Of a stretch of 64,000 nt of DNA, positions 63,445 to 64,000 are shown piece after piece (positions within the stretch are counted from its first letter, which is position 1; each line of letters begins with the position of its first letter). The notes beneath the pieces were generated by a model that worked only from the letters and a program-made list of their open reading frames with translations, made no database searches and was not told where the DNA came from. The translations under genes were made by a program, and so were the position numbers. Origin of the DNA: Syntrophaceae bacterium UBA2280 (GTDB lineage Bacteria; Desulfobacterota; Syntrophia; Syntrophales; Smithellaceae); NCBI GenBank assembly GCA_002347685.1, contig DDWS01000046.1, positions 151,772 to 215,771 of the forward strand, read 5' to 3'.

Positions 63445-64000
63445 CTGTTAACTCCTTTGGTCGCTAATATACCCAAACCTGAAAGCAAATGCAGTGACAC
63501 TCAGGAGCAGGCCCACTGTAATTGCCATTTTCGACGTTATCTTTTCTTCACTCAAGTTACTATTACGCAAGGCTTATGCCAGTTGGAATTATTGCCGATA
63601 ACATGCTGAAATCAAATGCTTGTTTCTTACGGAGTGAAAATATTTTGTGTAACATAATCTGAATAAATGGAGAAAATATATCCAGCCGCACTATCCAATT
63701 GAGTACTTATTATCCAACGATAATCTGACATTACTGACCATACGCCAACGCCTAATCATCGTTTGTCAGGATATTCTCCGCAGTCGCAATTTCCTGAATT
63801 CCGCGCTGTTCATCGCTTGTTGGCGTGTCTAGAGATATCGGATTTGGTAAACAGAGGGATGCGGACAGCGAAGGAAATGTTGCTGCCTGAATACATATCG
63901 CTACTTCGGAAATACCGAATAACAGATATATTAACAGTCTCATAATATTATTAACATCTGGAGCTATTCTGTTTTCAGTCGTCTTCACGGCGAAAGCCGG

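Noticed and set aside
63752-63988. 78-aa minus-strand ORF at the AT-rich right edge of the window
   Set aside because: It has a GTG start with no SD and no motif I recognise, and its frame stays open to the window edge. It may be the tail of a gene that starts outside the window, so I cannot call it.
1-64000. Mobile elements, prophage, defence islands, tRNA or rRNA genes
   Set aside because: I looked for transposase, integrase or recombinase motifs, terminal inverted repeats, tRNA-like cloverleaf sequences and typical defence genes. None could be supported from the translations or the intergenic sequence.

Overview
The window reads as chromosomal DNA from an anaerobic, probably Desulfobacterota-like bacterium. 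That placement is an inference from gene content: a selenocysteine formate dehydrogenase, a TunR/Tup tungstate locus, a glycyl radical enzyme, 4-hydroxybutyryl-CoA dehydratase and an ether-lipid type PlsA/Ger-like gene. Coding density is high. I found no rRNA, tRNA, CRISPR array, transposase or integrase. Contents from left to right: (1) a minus-strand operon for a cytoplasmic Sec-containing formate dehydrogenase with sulfhydrogenase-like FeS and FAD subunits, followed by a response regulator and a Cache sensor; (2) two fluoride (crcB-motif) riboswitches about 1.9 kb apart, one before a dynamin-like GTPase and one before a CPA2 cation/proton antiporter; (3) housekeeping and transport genes (uppP, aldehyde dehydrogenase, sppA, ABC-2 exporter, S1/P1-like nuclease, aminotransferase, MCP, CNNM/CorC, Na/Pi-PhoU, a second antiporter); (4) a 1414-aa fused double-activase plus dehydratase-like protein (PlsAR/Ger-like); (5) converging on it, a tightly coupled six-gene operon (PHP phosphoesterase, GT4, methyltransferase, alpha/alpha-toroid protein, LbH acyltransferase, B12-radical SAM) with no product I can name; (6) a GntR/FadR regulator, a glycyl radical enzyme of unknown substrate, its activase and a double PNPOx-like flavoprotein; (7) a tunR-tupA'-tupA-tupB-tupC tungstate locus divergent from a porin, with phased 10-bp repeats in between; (8) a TolC/MacA/MacB-type efflux system; (9) an orphan biotin carrier, a Zn-ribbon protease, abfD plus thiolase, a hybrid histidine kinase, small redox proteins and a secreted protein with a long Q/P/R-rich tandem-repeat tail. 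My best candidates for something undescribed are the fluoride-riboswitch-controlled dynamin-like GTPase, the six-gene B12-rSAM/GT4 operon next to the ether-lipid gene, and the orphan glycyl radical enzyme locus. All calls come from reading the sequence and ORF translations. No database search was run.
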